From Dictyostelium discoideum (Eukaryota), in NCBI GenBank assembly GCA_000004695.1, contig CM000150.2:3904001-3968000 (forward strand): a stretch of DNA of 64,000 nt. The letters are read 5' to 3'. Below are positions 52,916-64,000 of this stretch, piece after piece. A program made the translations under genes and the position numbers. How positions within the stretch are numbered: position 1 is the first letter of the stretch; every line of letters starts with the position of its first letter. The notes under the pieces were generated by a model. It was given only the letters and a program-made list of their open reading frames with translations, was not told the DNA's origin and did no database searches.

Positions 52916-53791
52916 ATGACAGATAAAATTAATGGAGAGATTGAAATACCATATAGTTTATTTAAATCAATAGAATTAGGATCAGAGAAAAATATTCCAT
53001 TGAAATATTTAATATCACATGCAAATTATAGTTGTATTTGTAAAGATAGTTTTGTATCAGTTGAATGTGAATATCAAATTAGAGTATTTGATCATATTGA
53101 AAGAAATAAAAATTTATCATCAGTTGTTAAAGGTGGAAACGAAGGACATAAAGAATCAATTCAATTAGTTTCACAAAAAGCAACCATTTTAAATAGTACA
53201 ATTAAATATTTAAAAAATAGTCATGGTGGTAGTGGTGGTGATAATAGTGATGCAATAATTTTAACATCAGGTACACATTATTATTTACATACTGGTACAG
53301 CTGGTAGATATAGTGTAAAATTGGAATTGTCAGTACCCTATTTAACAGTGAAAGAAGCTGGTATGGATTTATCAATTCCACAATGTTCAAATAATTCAGT
53401 GTTCTTCCGAGTGCCACATGTTGATGCAAATATTAAAATTTTCAATTCATTCCTTGATACACAATCTTTATTGAATTGGTCAGAAAGAAATGGTAAAGAG
53501 TCAAATAATTATACAGTTACATTTGTAAAACTTGCAAATGAATTATCACTTAAAGCACAATGGACAATTAATGAAGATTTCATTTCAAATAAAATATCTT
53601 TAAAAAATACTGATGAAAATAATAATAACAACAACAATCAAATTGCACAACCAAAAGTTGTAGTTAAACCAAATGTTATAGTTTCACAAAATATACTTTG
53701 TTCAATTGGTGAAGGTTTATTATTATTAAAATATAAAATTGATTATAAAGTAAGTTTTAATTGTGAATTTAAAATTAAAATTAAAATGTTA

Positions 53792-53844
<53 letters not shown>

Positions 53845-55123
53845 TGATAAATAGATTATTGCAGGTACATTATCATCATTTAATATTGAAATTGAAGATA
53901 ATGTTAATATTATAAGTGTTAATGGTAAAGCAATTAAAAGATGGGAAGTTGTTGAATTGGAGAGAATTGAATCACCAAAACATAAAAGAGTGATACAAAT
54001 TCAATTAGATTATGGATTTGATACAAATTATAGTATTGACATTAATGGTGAATATTCAATGAAGGATACAAGTGGTGAATTGAATATACCATCAATGATT
54101 TGTAAAGGTGATGAAATTTCAAGACAACGTGGTTTTCTTGGTGTTGAAGCACGTACCAATGTTGAGATTTCAGATATTGGTAATGATGTACTAAGTGTAG
54201 TTGATGTTAGAGAATTACCAATTGAATTATGTAAAATGGCAAATCATCCAATTCTCCTAAGTTATAAATTCTTGGAACCACATTTCCAGCTAAAATTAAG
54301 AGTTAAAAGAAATTTAGATTGTGCTGTACTCGTATCGATCGTTGAGGAAATGAGTTGGGTAACAACAGTGAGTTATAGTGGAAAAATGATCCACCAAATG
54401 ATTTTAAATATTAAAAATACTCAAAAACAATTCCTAAAGGTTCAAATTGGATTCGGATACGAGGTTTGGTCTTGTATGATGGATGGTGATCCTTGTAAAC
54501 CTTCAATCATTGAGAACGATGGTGCTTTATTAATCCCAATTTTAAAACCCGGTGTTTTCGACCAAAATACTCCAATCAAGATTGAAATCGTTATTTTACA
54601 AGAGGAACTCCATAAATTCAATGAGAAAACACGTAAAGGTAAATTCAATTTCATAATTCCAAAGATTGATTTGCCATTAAGAGCTTGTTTCGCTACAGTT
54701 TATTTACCACAAGGTACTGTGGCTTCAAATTTTAATGGTGTTCTTAAACAAGTTTCTTACTTTTCTTCGACTCCACCTTCAGCTTCTCAACCAACTTCAA
54801 ATAATAATAATAATAATATTAATATATATGGTGCACCTGGTATTCGTTCACGTGGATTTGGAAATAGAAATGATAGTGTTTGTGATTTAGCTGAATATCA
54901 AGAGAAAGCCAAAGCTTCATCATTTATGAGCGTTAAAAAAAGTAGTGCTTATGGTGGTAGAGGTGGTGGTGGTGGTAATAAAAGAATAGGTGTTGTTCCA
55001 GTTTTCGTTGATATTCCAAAAACAATTCATTCTTATTGTTTTGAACAAATTTTATTATCTGGTGATAAAGATTTATCATTTGGTTTTGATTATAAATCTT
55101 TAAAACAAAAAGCTAGAAGATAA
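52916..55123 (+). CDS. conserved hypothetical protein (about 700 aa); join(52916..53749,53855..55123)
   Basis: Two long ORFs joined in frame by donor AAA|GTAAGT at 53750 and acceptor AATAG at 53854 (phase 0). No low-complexity bias except short N runs. Gly-rich C-terminal segment. Family not recognised from sequence alone. Confidence 0.55.
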
Positions 55124-55910
55124 ATTCTCAATCATTTTCTAAATTTATTTTTATTATTATTAAGGTCAAAATTATTTTATAATATATTATGTTTTATAAA
55201 AAAAAAATAAAAAAAAAAATAAAAATTAAATAAAATATGGTACTAATTTGGTAGTATACAAATAAATTTTTAATTATAATTTTTAATTTATTTATTATTT
55301 TTTTTTTATTTGTGGGTGGGTGTGAGTTTTTGTTGTTGGTGGTGGTTGAAGGAGAAGGTTTTATATTGAGAAAATTCAAGTTTTTTTTTTCGATGAGATA
55401 CACTTTATAAAGAGATTTAATGACCACATACTAGTGTTTGATGGCATTATTTTCTCTCAAGCTCATTGTTTTTTTACAACTAGCAAGATATATAATAATA
55501 AATTATCAAATTCCACTAAAAATAATTAATTTTTTGGAGTTTCCCACCCAATATGATGAACATAAAAATTAAGTTGTGTGTGTTTGTGTGTTTGTGTGTG
55601 TTTTAGTGGTAAATTATAAATAAATTATACAATTTAATAAATAATTATATGATAATAGCATTCAATTTTTTTTTTTTCTTTTTTTTTTTTTTTTCCCTTT
55701 TTTTGTTTTTTTCTTTTTTTTTTTTATTTTTTTTTTATTAATTATTAATTTTTTTTTTATCATTTCTATTCATTTTCCTTTTATTATTGTTCAATAAATA
55801 AAATTTTAATATATTCAATCATAAATATTTTTGAATATTATTATTTTTTTTTTTAAGAAAATTATTATTATTAAAAAAAAAAATTATTAAATTTTTTATA
55901 AATATAATAA

Positions 55911-55943
<33 letters not shown>

Positions 55944-55993
55944 AATACTAATAATATTAGTATAAATAATAATAATAATAATTTTTAAAATTT

Positions 55994-56026
<33 letters not shown>

Positions 56027-56031
56027 TAAAA

Positions 56032-57552
56032 ATGGGAATTAATGATAATGGAATTTATGGTTCTTTAAAAGGAAATTCAACGACTGGAGGTATTTATAAA
56101 ATGGGTGATCATAATACTGGATATGGTGAAAAAAATAATCAAAATAATAATAATAAATCAGGAGGTAAAACCATAGTTAATGGTGTTATTGTAAATTCAA
56201 ATCAACAAAAATTAAAAGGTGATGAAAATGAATTTGATCATTCTCAAGATGATAATGCAGATGAATTTAATAAATTTCCAAAAAAAGTAAAATATAATGA
56301 TTTATTATATTCAGTATTGTTTGCCATTCAAATGGTATTGTTTATTACAATGACAGTGATTGCCGGAACAAAACATCCAAATAAAAAAGAATTTGTTGAA
56401 TATTCATTACAAGGATTATTAATTATTGCAATTTCAATACCATTAATTTTGGCATTCTTTTTAATTTGGAAAAAGATTTTTAAAATCCATCCAACAAATA
56501 TGATTAAAACTAGTTTTTTTTCATTGATGATTACTGGTATTTTATTTATTGGATTGTTAATTGGCAATGGTTGGTACTCATGGGCAATTGTATTTGGCAT
56601 AACTTTAATTTCTTTAATATTCTTTTATTTTGCATTTAGGGATAAAATTCCATTCGTTGGAATAATAATATCATTGGTTTTAAAAATCATTGAAAAGTAT
56701 CCATCAACCTTGTTGGTTAGTTTCGTTTGTTTAATAATTTCTTGTGTTTATTATAATATTTGGCTATTTTCAGTAAGTTATAATTTCTATTATGATAGTT
56801 ATTGGACTGCCTGGAGTTATATGAAATTCATGTTCCTAGTATTCAATCTTTACTGGACACATTATGTAATCACCTATACTTGCTATAGTGTTGTATCTGG
56901 GTTGGTTGCAAGTTGGTATTTCTTTGCTGATGAAGATTTCAATGGTATGCCACCAAAACCATGCGCACACTCACTATATCGTTCCATGACTTCTTCATTT
57001 GGTTCAATTGCTTTTGGTTCTTTATTGGTTTGTTTGGTTCAAATGGTGCAATTCATTTGTAGAGGTTTTGCAAGAGTTCCAGGACTTACATCTTTGTTTT
57101 GTAATTGTCTCCAGTTTATTGCATTGATCTTCACAAGAATGTTATATACTTTTAACATTTACACATTCTCTATGGTTTCAATCTATGGTCAATCATTTTG
57201 TAATTCATCAAAGAAAACCTATAATTTAATGGTTAATAATAATGAAAAATTATTTGCAACTCATAATTATATGTTAATTACAATGCTATCAGTTTCTTTA
57301 TCAATGTTTTTAATAATTGGCTTCATTGTTACAATGATTATGGCAACAATTCAATTGGAAAACCAAGGTTGGTTATATGTACAATTGGTAATGTTTTTAT
57401 TCATCCTCTATAAACCATTTGATATTATCTTTAGTTCAGTTTTAACAATTTTAATGTGTTTAATTTCTGATCCAAATGCAATGGAAGTTACAAAACCAAA
57501 TACTTTTATTTTATTAAGTGAAACTTATGATTTTAAATCTTTAAATCCTTAA
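56032..57552 (+). CDS. choline-transporter-like (CTL/SLC44, Pns1-type) multi-pass membrane protein
   Basis: About 10 predicted TM segments. Conserved CTL-family block SSFGSIAFGSLLVCLVQMVQFICR and Y/W-rich TM region (YNFYYDSYWTAWSYMKF). Single 506-aa ORF from ATG 56032. Confidence 0.6.
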   Translation: MGINDNGIYGSLKGNSTTGGIYKMGDHNTGYGEKNNQNNNNKSGGKTIVNGVIVNSNQQKLKGDENEFDHSQDDNADEFNKFPKKVKYNDLLYSVLFAIQMVLFITMTVIAGTKHPNKKEFVEYSLQGLLIIAISIPLILAFFLIWKKIFKIHPTNMIKTSFFSLMITGILFIGLLIGNGWYSWAIVFGITLISLIFFYFAFRDKIPFVGIIISLVLKIIEKYPSTLLVSFVCLIISCVYYNIWLFSVSYNFYYDSYWTAWSYMKFMFLVFNLYWTHYVITYTCYSVVSGLVASWYFFADEDFNGMPPKPCAHSLYRSMTSSFGSIAFGSLLVCLVQMVQFICRGFARVPGLTSLFCNCLQFIALIFTRMLYTFNIYTFSMVSIYGQSFCNSSKKTYNLMVNNNEKLFATHNYMLITMLSVSLSMFLIIGFIVTMIMATIQLENQGWLYVQLVMFLFILYKPFDIIFSSVLTILMCLISDPNAMEVTKPNTFILLSETYDFKSLNP

Positions 57553-58022
57553 AAAAAAAAAAAAAAAATTTTAAAATTTTTTTTTTTTTTTTCTTTTTAA
57601 AAAATATATTTTTTTTATTTTAAAAATTAATAAATTATTAAATAAATAAATAAAATGAAATAAAATTAATAAATAAATATTTATTTTTTTTTAAATTTTT
57701 TAAATTTTATTTTTAATTTTTTTTTTTTTTTTTTTAATATTATTACTTTTATTTTTATCTTTGGTAAATTATAAATTGTAATATTTAAAAAAATGATGGT
57801 ATTGAAATCTCTTTATACAAAATAAAAAAATATCAACAAATTAATTTTTCGATATGGTATTGATGTTTAGATGATCATTTGTAAATCCACACTTTTTAAA
57901 TAAAATAAAATAAAAAAATAAAAACTTTTTCGGTTGTTTTTTTTTTTTTTTTTTTTTTTTTTTTCATTTTCAAAATAAAAAACAGACCAAATAACCCACA
58001 TATATATATTCAGATATTAAAA

Positions 58023-59455
<1,433 letters not shown>

Positions 59456-59576
59456 TATTATTTTTATTTTTTAACTTTTTGTATATATAATAAACTACTT
59501 TTTTATTTTTATTTTTATTTTATTTCCTATATTTGTTTACCTTTTTTTTATTATTTAATTTATAGTGTTTATATGT

Positions 59577-62500
59577 CTATTGTTTTAATAAATTTAATAC
59601 CATTTGTTCAGTAATATTCCAACCATCATAAGAACCAAAAGAAATTAAAAGTGATTTTGTATTTTTTGAAATTTTAAATTCTTTAGACATGTGATATTTT
59701 GTGGGAGTAAAATCTAAAGGATGAAAAGTTCTTAATCTGATACAAGTTTTATCATTTGATTCTGAAATCATTTTTTTCCAATTTATTAAAGTGGTTTCTT
59801 TGTAATTAAAATTTTTTTTTATCATTAGAAATATTTCATTTGTTGTTTGCAATTCACCATTTAATGAAATAATATTTAAAGTATTTATTTTTGTTTTTGA
59901 CCAACAACCTTCATTAAAGATTAAATTAATAATATTTTGTGCTACCCATGTTACTGGACTAATAAATAATGAAGTTGGTTCAATTGGGAAATATTTAGTA
60001 ACACTAATGGATTTAATTATTAATTGAAGCAAATCTCCACTATGACCAATACCAGTATGTGGATTTGAAAATATTGATGGTAATCTAATTGTCATTGCTG
60101 GAATACCTCTTGATGATGCTTCTAATAGTAAATGTTCACAGATAAGTTTACTTTGAATATAGCCACCTGGTAAATTATTTAAATTACTTAATGAAGGTAT
60201 TCCAACTTGGTATTCATCAAATTCGATTTCATCATTTAATTTTTGACCAAAGAAAATTGAAAATGAAGATAAATTTACAATTGGTATCATTGGTTTATTT
60301 GTACCTTTCGAAACTGATAGCTTTATAAACTCTTTAGTTGAGTCTACATTGGTTGGTTTAATTTCATCATAATTTGCATTTAAATTAATATCAGCACCAC
60401 AACTTAAAATTAAATTTACTTGATTTGAAATTTCTAAATACATTTTATCAGATAATCCAAGTTTACTCTTTCTTAAATCTCCACGGACTGGGAAAATCTT
60501 TTCCAATTCTGATTGTTCAAACATTTCAAATAATTTATGGTGTTTTAAATTGTCAATTATTTTATTCATTAAATCGATTTGGTCAGATAAATGACCTGAT
60601 CTTGTTAAACAATAAATTTTTGAACAGTTTTTCATTTTTACTAAATTCAATAAAAGATAACCTCCTAAAAATCCAGTTGAACCACTTAATAATATAACTT
60701 TATCCATTTTATTATCAATAATTAAATCTGATTTAATTGATGATGCAATTATTGTTTCATCTAATTTTGCTTCATTCTTCCAATATTCAAATGTTTTTGT
60801 TGTTGTTGTTATTTCATTGGTATTATTAACCACTGTACTACTTTTATTTTTACCTTCTTTCTTTTTATCTAATGAATTTGTTATAATTTTAATTGATGAT
60901 GAAATTGTATTTGTTTGAAGTTGTTGAATTGTAATAATATTACCTGATAATTCTTTATCTACCCAATTTTTTAATTGAACGATTGATAAAGAATCAGCAC
61001 CATATGCAGAAAGTTTAATATCGATATTAATCTTTGATATTTCAATTGATAATACCTCTGAAACTTTCTCTAAAAACATTTGATTTACAGAGTTTTTATT
61101 ATCCTGATTACCATCATGACCCAATTGATTAACTTTATTCTTTTCTTCTAAAGAAACTTGATAATCAATCTTTGAAAAATTATTTTTTTGTGGATTATAT
61201 TTTGTTATATTTGAGAAATTAAAACTTGAAACTATTAAATTTGTTGATAGTTCTTGATTTTGGATTTGTAAATCTAATGAACCTAAAATTGTATTGATTG
61301 AAAGTGGATTGAATCCTAAATTTTCAAACATTACTGAAACATTTTCATTTCTTGATACAAATCCAGTTGATTTTATTAAACCATAACTTGTGCAAATTGA
61401 TGGTAAGCCAAGTGATTTTCTATACTGTGAGAATGATTCTAAAACATTATTTGCACAAACATAACTACATTGGCTTTCAGAACCTAATGATGAGGTAACT
61501 GATGATGCAATTATAAAGTTTTTTAATTTCCATCCCCTTTTAATTGATTGATCGTGTAAAATGATTGCACCAATTGTTTTTGCGCCAAATGAAATATCCA
61601 GAGTATCCATATTGATAGCTTCTACATTCTTTGTTATTTGATGGAATGCATAGTGGAATATTGAATCAATGTTATCAATATCATTTGAAACTTCATCGAT
61701 TGCTTTTCCCATCGAGTTTATATCACCAACATCAACGCTCTTGAAATGAAATTTTATATGTTTATTTCTATTTACTAATAGTTCTAACTGCCATTTCATT
61801 GATGATTTTGAAAGGATAATTATATTTTCAACTAATGGCGCAAATTTAACTATCCATTTTATAATTTCAAAAACTATACCAGATTGACCAGTAACTATTA
61901 TATTCTTTCCTAAATTATTTATATTGATTTGATAATTTGATTTTAATAATGTAAAATCTAAATTGGAAGTTGAATTGATTTTCTCCTTTATTAAATTACC
62001 CACTAAATCTGTATCATGATTAACAACAATTTTACCAATATGTTTACGTTGATTAATATATTCAAATGCATTTTTAATATTAACATTTGAATATTGAGTT
62101 ATTGGTAAATTATTAATTAATTCATTATTTTCAATTGCTTTTGATATTGATTTTAATAATTTCTTTAAAATTGGTGCAGCTATAAAAAGTAATTCTACAT
62201 TATGATAACCATAGTTGAATTTAAATTTCTTATTATCAATATACTCATTTGAATTCAAATGAGTGATTGATAAATCTACAATTCTACCACTTTTTGAAAG
62301 ACAATTGAAATTTGAATCCATATAATCACTTGATAATGTATTTAATATTAAATCTACACCTGTTTTATCCGAGCCTAATTCTTTAAGTTTATCTTTTATT
62401 TTTTGAACATAACTCTTATCTCTTGTTGAATAAATACCTGTAATTAAAGATCCATAGGTGTCACGTAGATATTTCTCTTTCTCTGGTGATCCAACTGTAA

Positions 62501-64000
62501 GGAAAATATAAGAACAATGACCTTTCCATTTTAAAATATTTAATGAAGATAAACCAACACCACCGGATGCTGAATGAATTAAAATTGATTCATAATTTTT
62601 TAAATTACCAATATTGTAAATACTATGAAGAGATGTTGAATAAACTACTGGTATTGTTGATGCTTGTTCATGACTTAAGTTATTTGGTTTAAAATAAATT
62701 GAACCTGAATCTATAATAGATTTGGATGATGCAGTGTTATATGCAGTACCATAAACTTGGTCACCAACTTTAAATTCACTACAATTGTTTTTGGATACTC
62801 TTGTAATGACACCAGAAAAGTCACTACCAAATTCTGGGTCATTAATATCACCCGTTTTATGATTGACCATTTCAGGTGGCACACTTCCAATGTATGTAAG
62901 ATAATCTTTATAATTTAATGCAAATGATTTAATTTCAACTTGGACTTCAAATGGTTCTAAATCTTTTGTCATTGGTTTTAATTCATATTCTAAATTTGGT
63001 GATAAAACTGCTACTAAATCATTTTCAACTAAATCTTGATATGATTCAGATTTGAATTTTTTTCTAAGATTTTGTTCTTTCTTTATTCTTTCAAAATAAA
63101 CTTTACCATTTCTAATTAAATATTCTTTTTGAATAGATATTTTCTTATCTGTTAATAATTCAATCAATGATACTAAATTCTTTTCATTATTATTATGAGT
63201 GTATTCAATAATTGATTCTTTATCGAAATCTAATGTGAATAGTTGTAGTTGTTGAAATTCATCGAAATATCTTGCAGCACCTATAACTGATGATGCTAAA
63301 TAATTATCTTTTCTTGAATCTGATGTTATCAATACATGTTTGCACATTGAATTAAGTTTTAATAGTTTTCTATTAATTTCTATGTATTCAAATGTAATTG
63401 ATTTAAAATTATCCAATGTTAATTGTTCCATTGTTTTTATAAAATAAATCACAGATTTATCGGTTATTGATTGTTTTTCTACAAATTCATTAAATTTACT
63501 GATTGTTGATATTATACTTAATATCTTGTCATCAGTTGATTCTAGTGATTTTAAAAATTTATTACAAATTTCACTGTCATCATTACTATAAATTATAATT
63601 TGATCATAAGAGTCTATATTTGGATTTGGTGATAATTCTGATAGTAATTGTGGTTTTCTTGTTTGAATGATTGATTTTTTATCATTTGAAATGATTGTAT
63701 CTTTAAAATTACATTGATCTAATAACTCTTTTATTTCAATTAAGTTATTTCCATCATTATTTATTAATATTAATTGACCATTTGGTACCATTAAATTATA
63801 AATCATATAAAGTGTAGCCTTAATATCATTTGTTTCCTTTTCTAAATCATTTATTAATACAATATCATATTGTGAAGGTTTTAATTGATTATCTTCGAGT
63901 AACAAAGGATCATTAATGCTATAATCTCTATAAAGTATGCTAACACGTTCATTGATGTGTGATAGTTTATCCTTGATTGATGAGGTTAATGATTGTGGGA
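59577..64000 (-). CDS. type I polyketide synthase, 3'-terminal portion (methyltransferase tail, ER, KR, ACP, NAD-dependent terminal reductase domains); continues beyond window end
   Basis: The minus-frame ORF runs open to position 64000. ER/MDR motif HSASGGVGLSSLNILKWKG. KR Rossmann NIIVTGQSGIVFEI. ACP phosphopantetheine site KLSAYGADSLSIVQLKNWV. Terminal reductase GSTGFLGGYLLLNL...YIQSK. Upstream continuation ...NDPLLLEDNQLKPSQYDIVLINDLE resembles a C-methyltransferase domain end. The track M at 63905 is a TTG, not a start. Confidence 0.8.
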   Translation of the reverse strand, partial: PQSLTSSIKDKLSHINERVSILYRDYSINDPLLLEDNQLKPSQYDIVLINDLEKETNDIKATLYMIYNLMVPNGQLILINNDGNNLIEIKELLDQCNFKDTIISNDKKSIIQTRKPQLLSELSPNPNIDSYDQIIIYSNDDSEICNKFLKSLESTDDKILSIISTISKFNEFVEKQSITDKSVIYFIKTMEQLTLDNFKSITFEYIEINRKLLKLNSMCKHVLITSDSRKDNYLASSVIGAARYFDEFQQLQLFTLDFDKESIIEYTHNNNEKNLVSLIELLTDKKISIQKEYLIRNGKVYFERIKKEQNLRKKFKSESYQDLVENDLVAVLSPNLEYELKPMTKDLEPFEVQVEIKSFALNYKDYLTYIGSVPPEMVNHKTGDINDPEFGSDFSGVITRVSKNNCSEFKVGDQVYGTAYNTASSKSIIDSGSIYFKPNNLSHEQASTIPVVYSTSLHSIYNIGNLKNYESILIHSASGGVGLSSLNILKWKGHCSYIFLTVGSPEKEKYLRDTYGSLITGIYSTRDKSYVQKIKDKLKELGSDKTGVDLILNTLSSDYMDSNFNCLSKSGRIVDLSITHLNSNEYIDNKKFKFNYGYHNVELLFIAAPILKKLLKSISKAIENNELINNLPITQYSNVNIKNAFEYINQRKHIGKIVVNHDTDLVGNLIKEKINSTSNLDFTLLKSNYQININNLGKNIIVTGQSGIVFEIIKWIVKFAPLVENIIILSKSSMKWQLELLVNRNKHIKFHFKSVDVGDINSMGKAIDEVSNDIDNIDSIFHYAFHQITKNVEAINMDTLDISFGAKTIGAIILHDQSIKRGWKLKNFIIASSVTSSLGSESQCSYVCANNVLESFSQYRKSLGLPSICTSYGLIKSTGFVSRNENVSVMFENLGFNPLSINTILGSLDLQIQNQELSTNLIVSSFNFSNITKYNPQKNNFSKIDYQVSLEEKNKVNQLGHDGNQDNKNSVNQMFLEKVSEVLSIEISKINIDIKLSAYGADSLSIVQLKNWVDKELSGNIITIQQLQTNTISSSIKIITNSLDKKKEGKNKSSTVVNNTNEITTTTKTFEYWKNEAKLDETIIASSIKSDLIIDNKMDKVILLSGSTGFLGGYLLLNLVKMKNCSKIYCLTRSGHLSDQIDLMNKIIDNLKHHKLFEMFEQSELEKIFPVRGDLRKSKLGLSDKMYLEISNQVNLILSCGADINLNANYDEIKPTNVDSTKEFIKLSVSKGTNKPMIPIVNLSSFSIFFGQKLNDEIEFDEYQVGIPSLSNLNNLPGGYIQSKLICEHLLLEASSRGIPAMTIRLPSIFSNPHTGIGHSGDLLQLIIKSISVTKYFPIEPTSLFISPVTWVAQNIINLIFNEGCWSKTKINTLNIISLNGELQTTNEIFLMIKKNFNYKETTLINWKKMISESNDKTCIRLRTFHPLDFTPTKYHMSKEFKISKNTKSLLISFGSYDGWNITEQMVLNLLKQ

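Overview
The window is a gene-dense stretch of eukaryotic nuclear DNA that looks like Dictyostelium discoideum. It is about 78% A+T, with long homopolymer and trinucleotide tracts, short GT..AG introns of roughly 80-150 bp, poly-N/Q coding microsatellites, and a tRNA gene next to a retroelement. It is not prokaryotic, so CRISPR arrays, operons and RBS logic do not apply. No credible novel 'system' stands out; the hunt items below are the parts worth a second look.

I reconstructed about 33 protein-coding gene models by translation and splice-site inspection. In window order:
- ankyrin-repeat protein, 5'-partial (2-826, +)
- two tandem OSBP-family paralogs (926-2193 and 2624-3837, -)
- stomatin/SPFH protein (4491-5660, -)
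- SNARE Sec22 (7017-8100, +, 4 exons)
- TMEM53/DUF829-like protein (9001-10017, +)
- MPDU1/Lec35 PQ-loop protein (10310-11463, +, 5 exons)
- L10K/UPF0390 small basic protein (11625-11986, -)
- transportin/importin-beta2 (12816-15967, +)
- phosphoserine aminotransferase (16593-17886, +)
- ANK/poly-N protein (18020-18814, -)
- secreted Cys-rich 7-repeat glycoprotein (19641-22025, +)
- Zn-finger/poly-SP protein (26627-27600, -)
- HTH-psq / His-rich low-complexity protein (29879-32251, -)
- COX5B-like (33103-33960, +)
- MFS transporter (34864-36930, +)
- DEAD-box helicase DDX1 with SPRY insert (37617-40019, +)
- cornichon (40438-40996, +)
- ARMC1-like (41381-42280, -)
- 4-TM protein (42896-43753, -)
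- 14-3-3 (45672-46633, +)
- Sas10/Utp3 (48196-50580, -, 4 exons)
- coiled-coil protein (51288-52544, +)
- 700-aa conserved hypothetical (52916-55123, +)
- choline-transporter-like (56032-57552, +)
- RNase P Rpp30 (58023-59455, +)
- 3' part of a type-I polyketide synthase, methyltransferase tail through terminal reductase (59577 to beyond 64000, -)

Between 22.8 and 28 kb lies a repeat island. It holds a 5'-truncated non-LTR retroelement (TRE-like) with a poly(A) tail, a tRNA-Val(CAC) with a downstream T-run, a duplicated pseudo-tRNA and a nested-hairpin element. The Zn-finger gene above sits here, next to a frameshifted ORF array that is probably a pseudogene.

Two conserved essential genes carry apparent 1-bp homopolymer insertions in the text as printed:
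- sec22 exon 2 has a 5-T run where the protein alignment needs 4.
- The first coding exon of Sas10 has an in-frame TAA.

The sec22 spot also disagrees with the supplied ORF track. The track ORFs there can only be obtained with 4 T, which suggests the printed text and the track source differ by one base in that line.

Many track ORFs are translations of (ATT)n/(AAT)n or antisense frames and are rejected.
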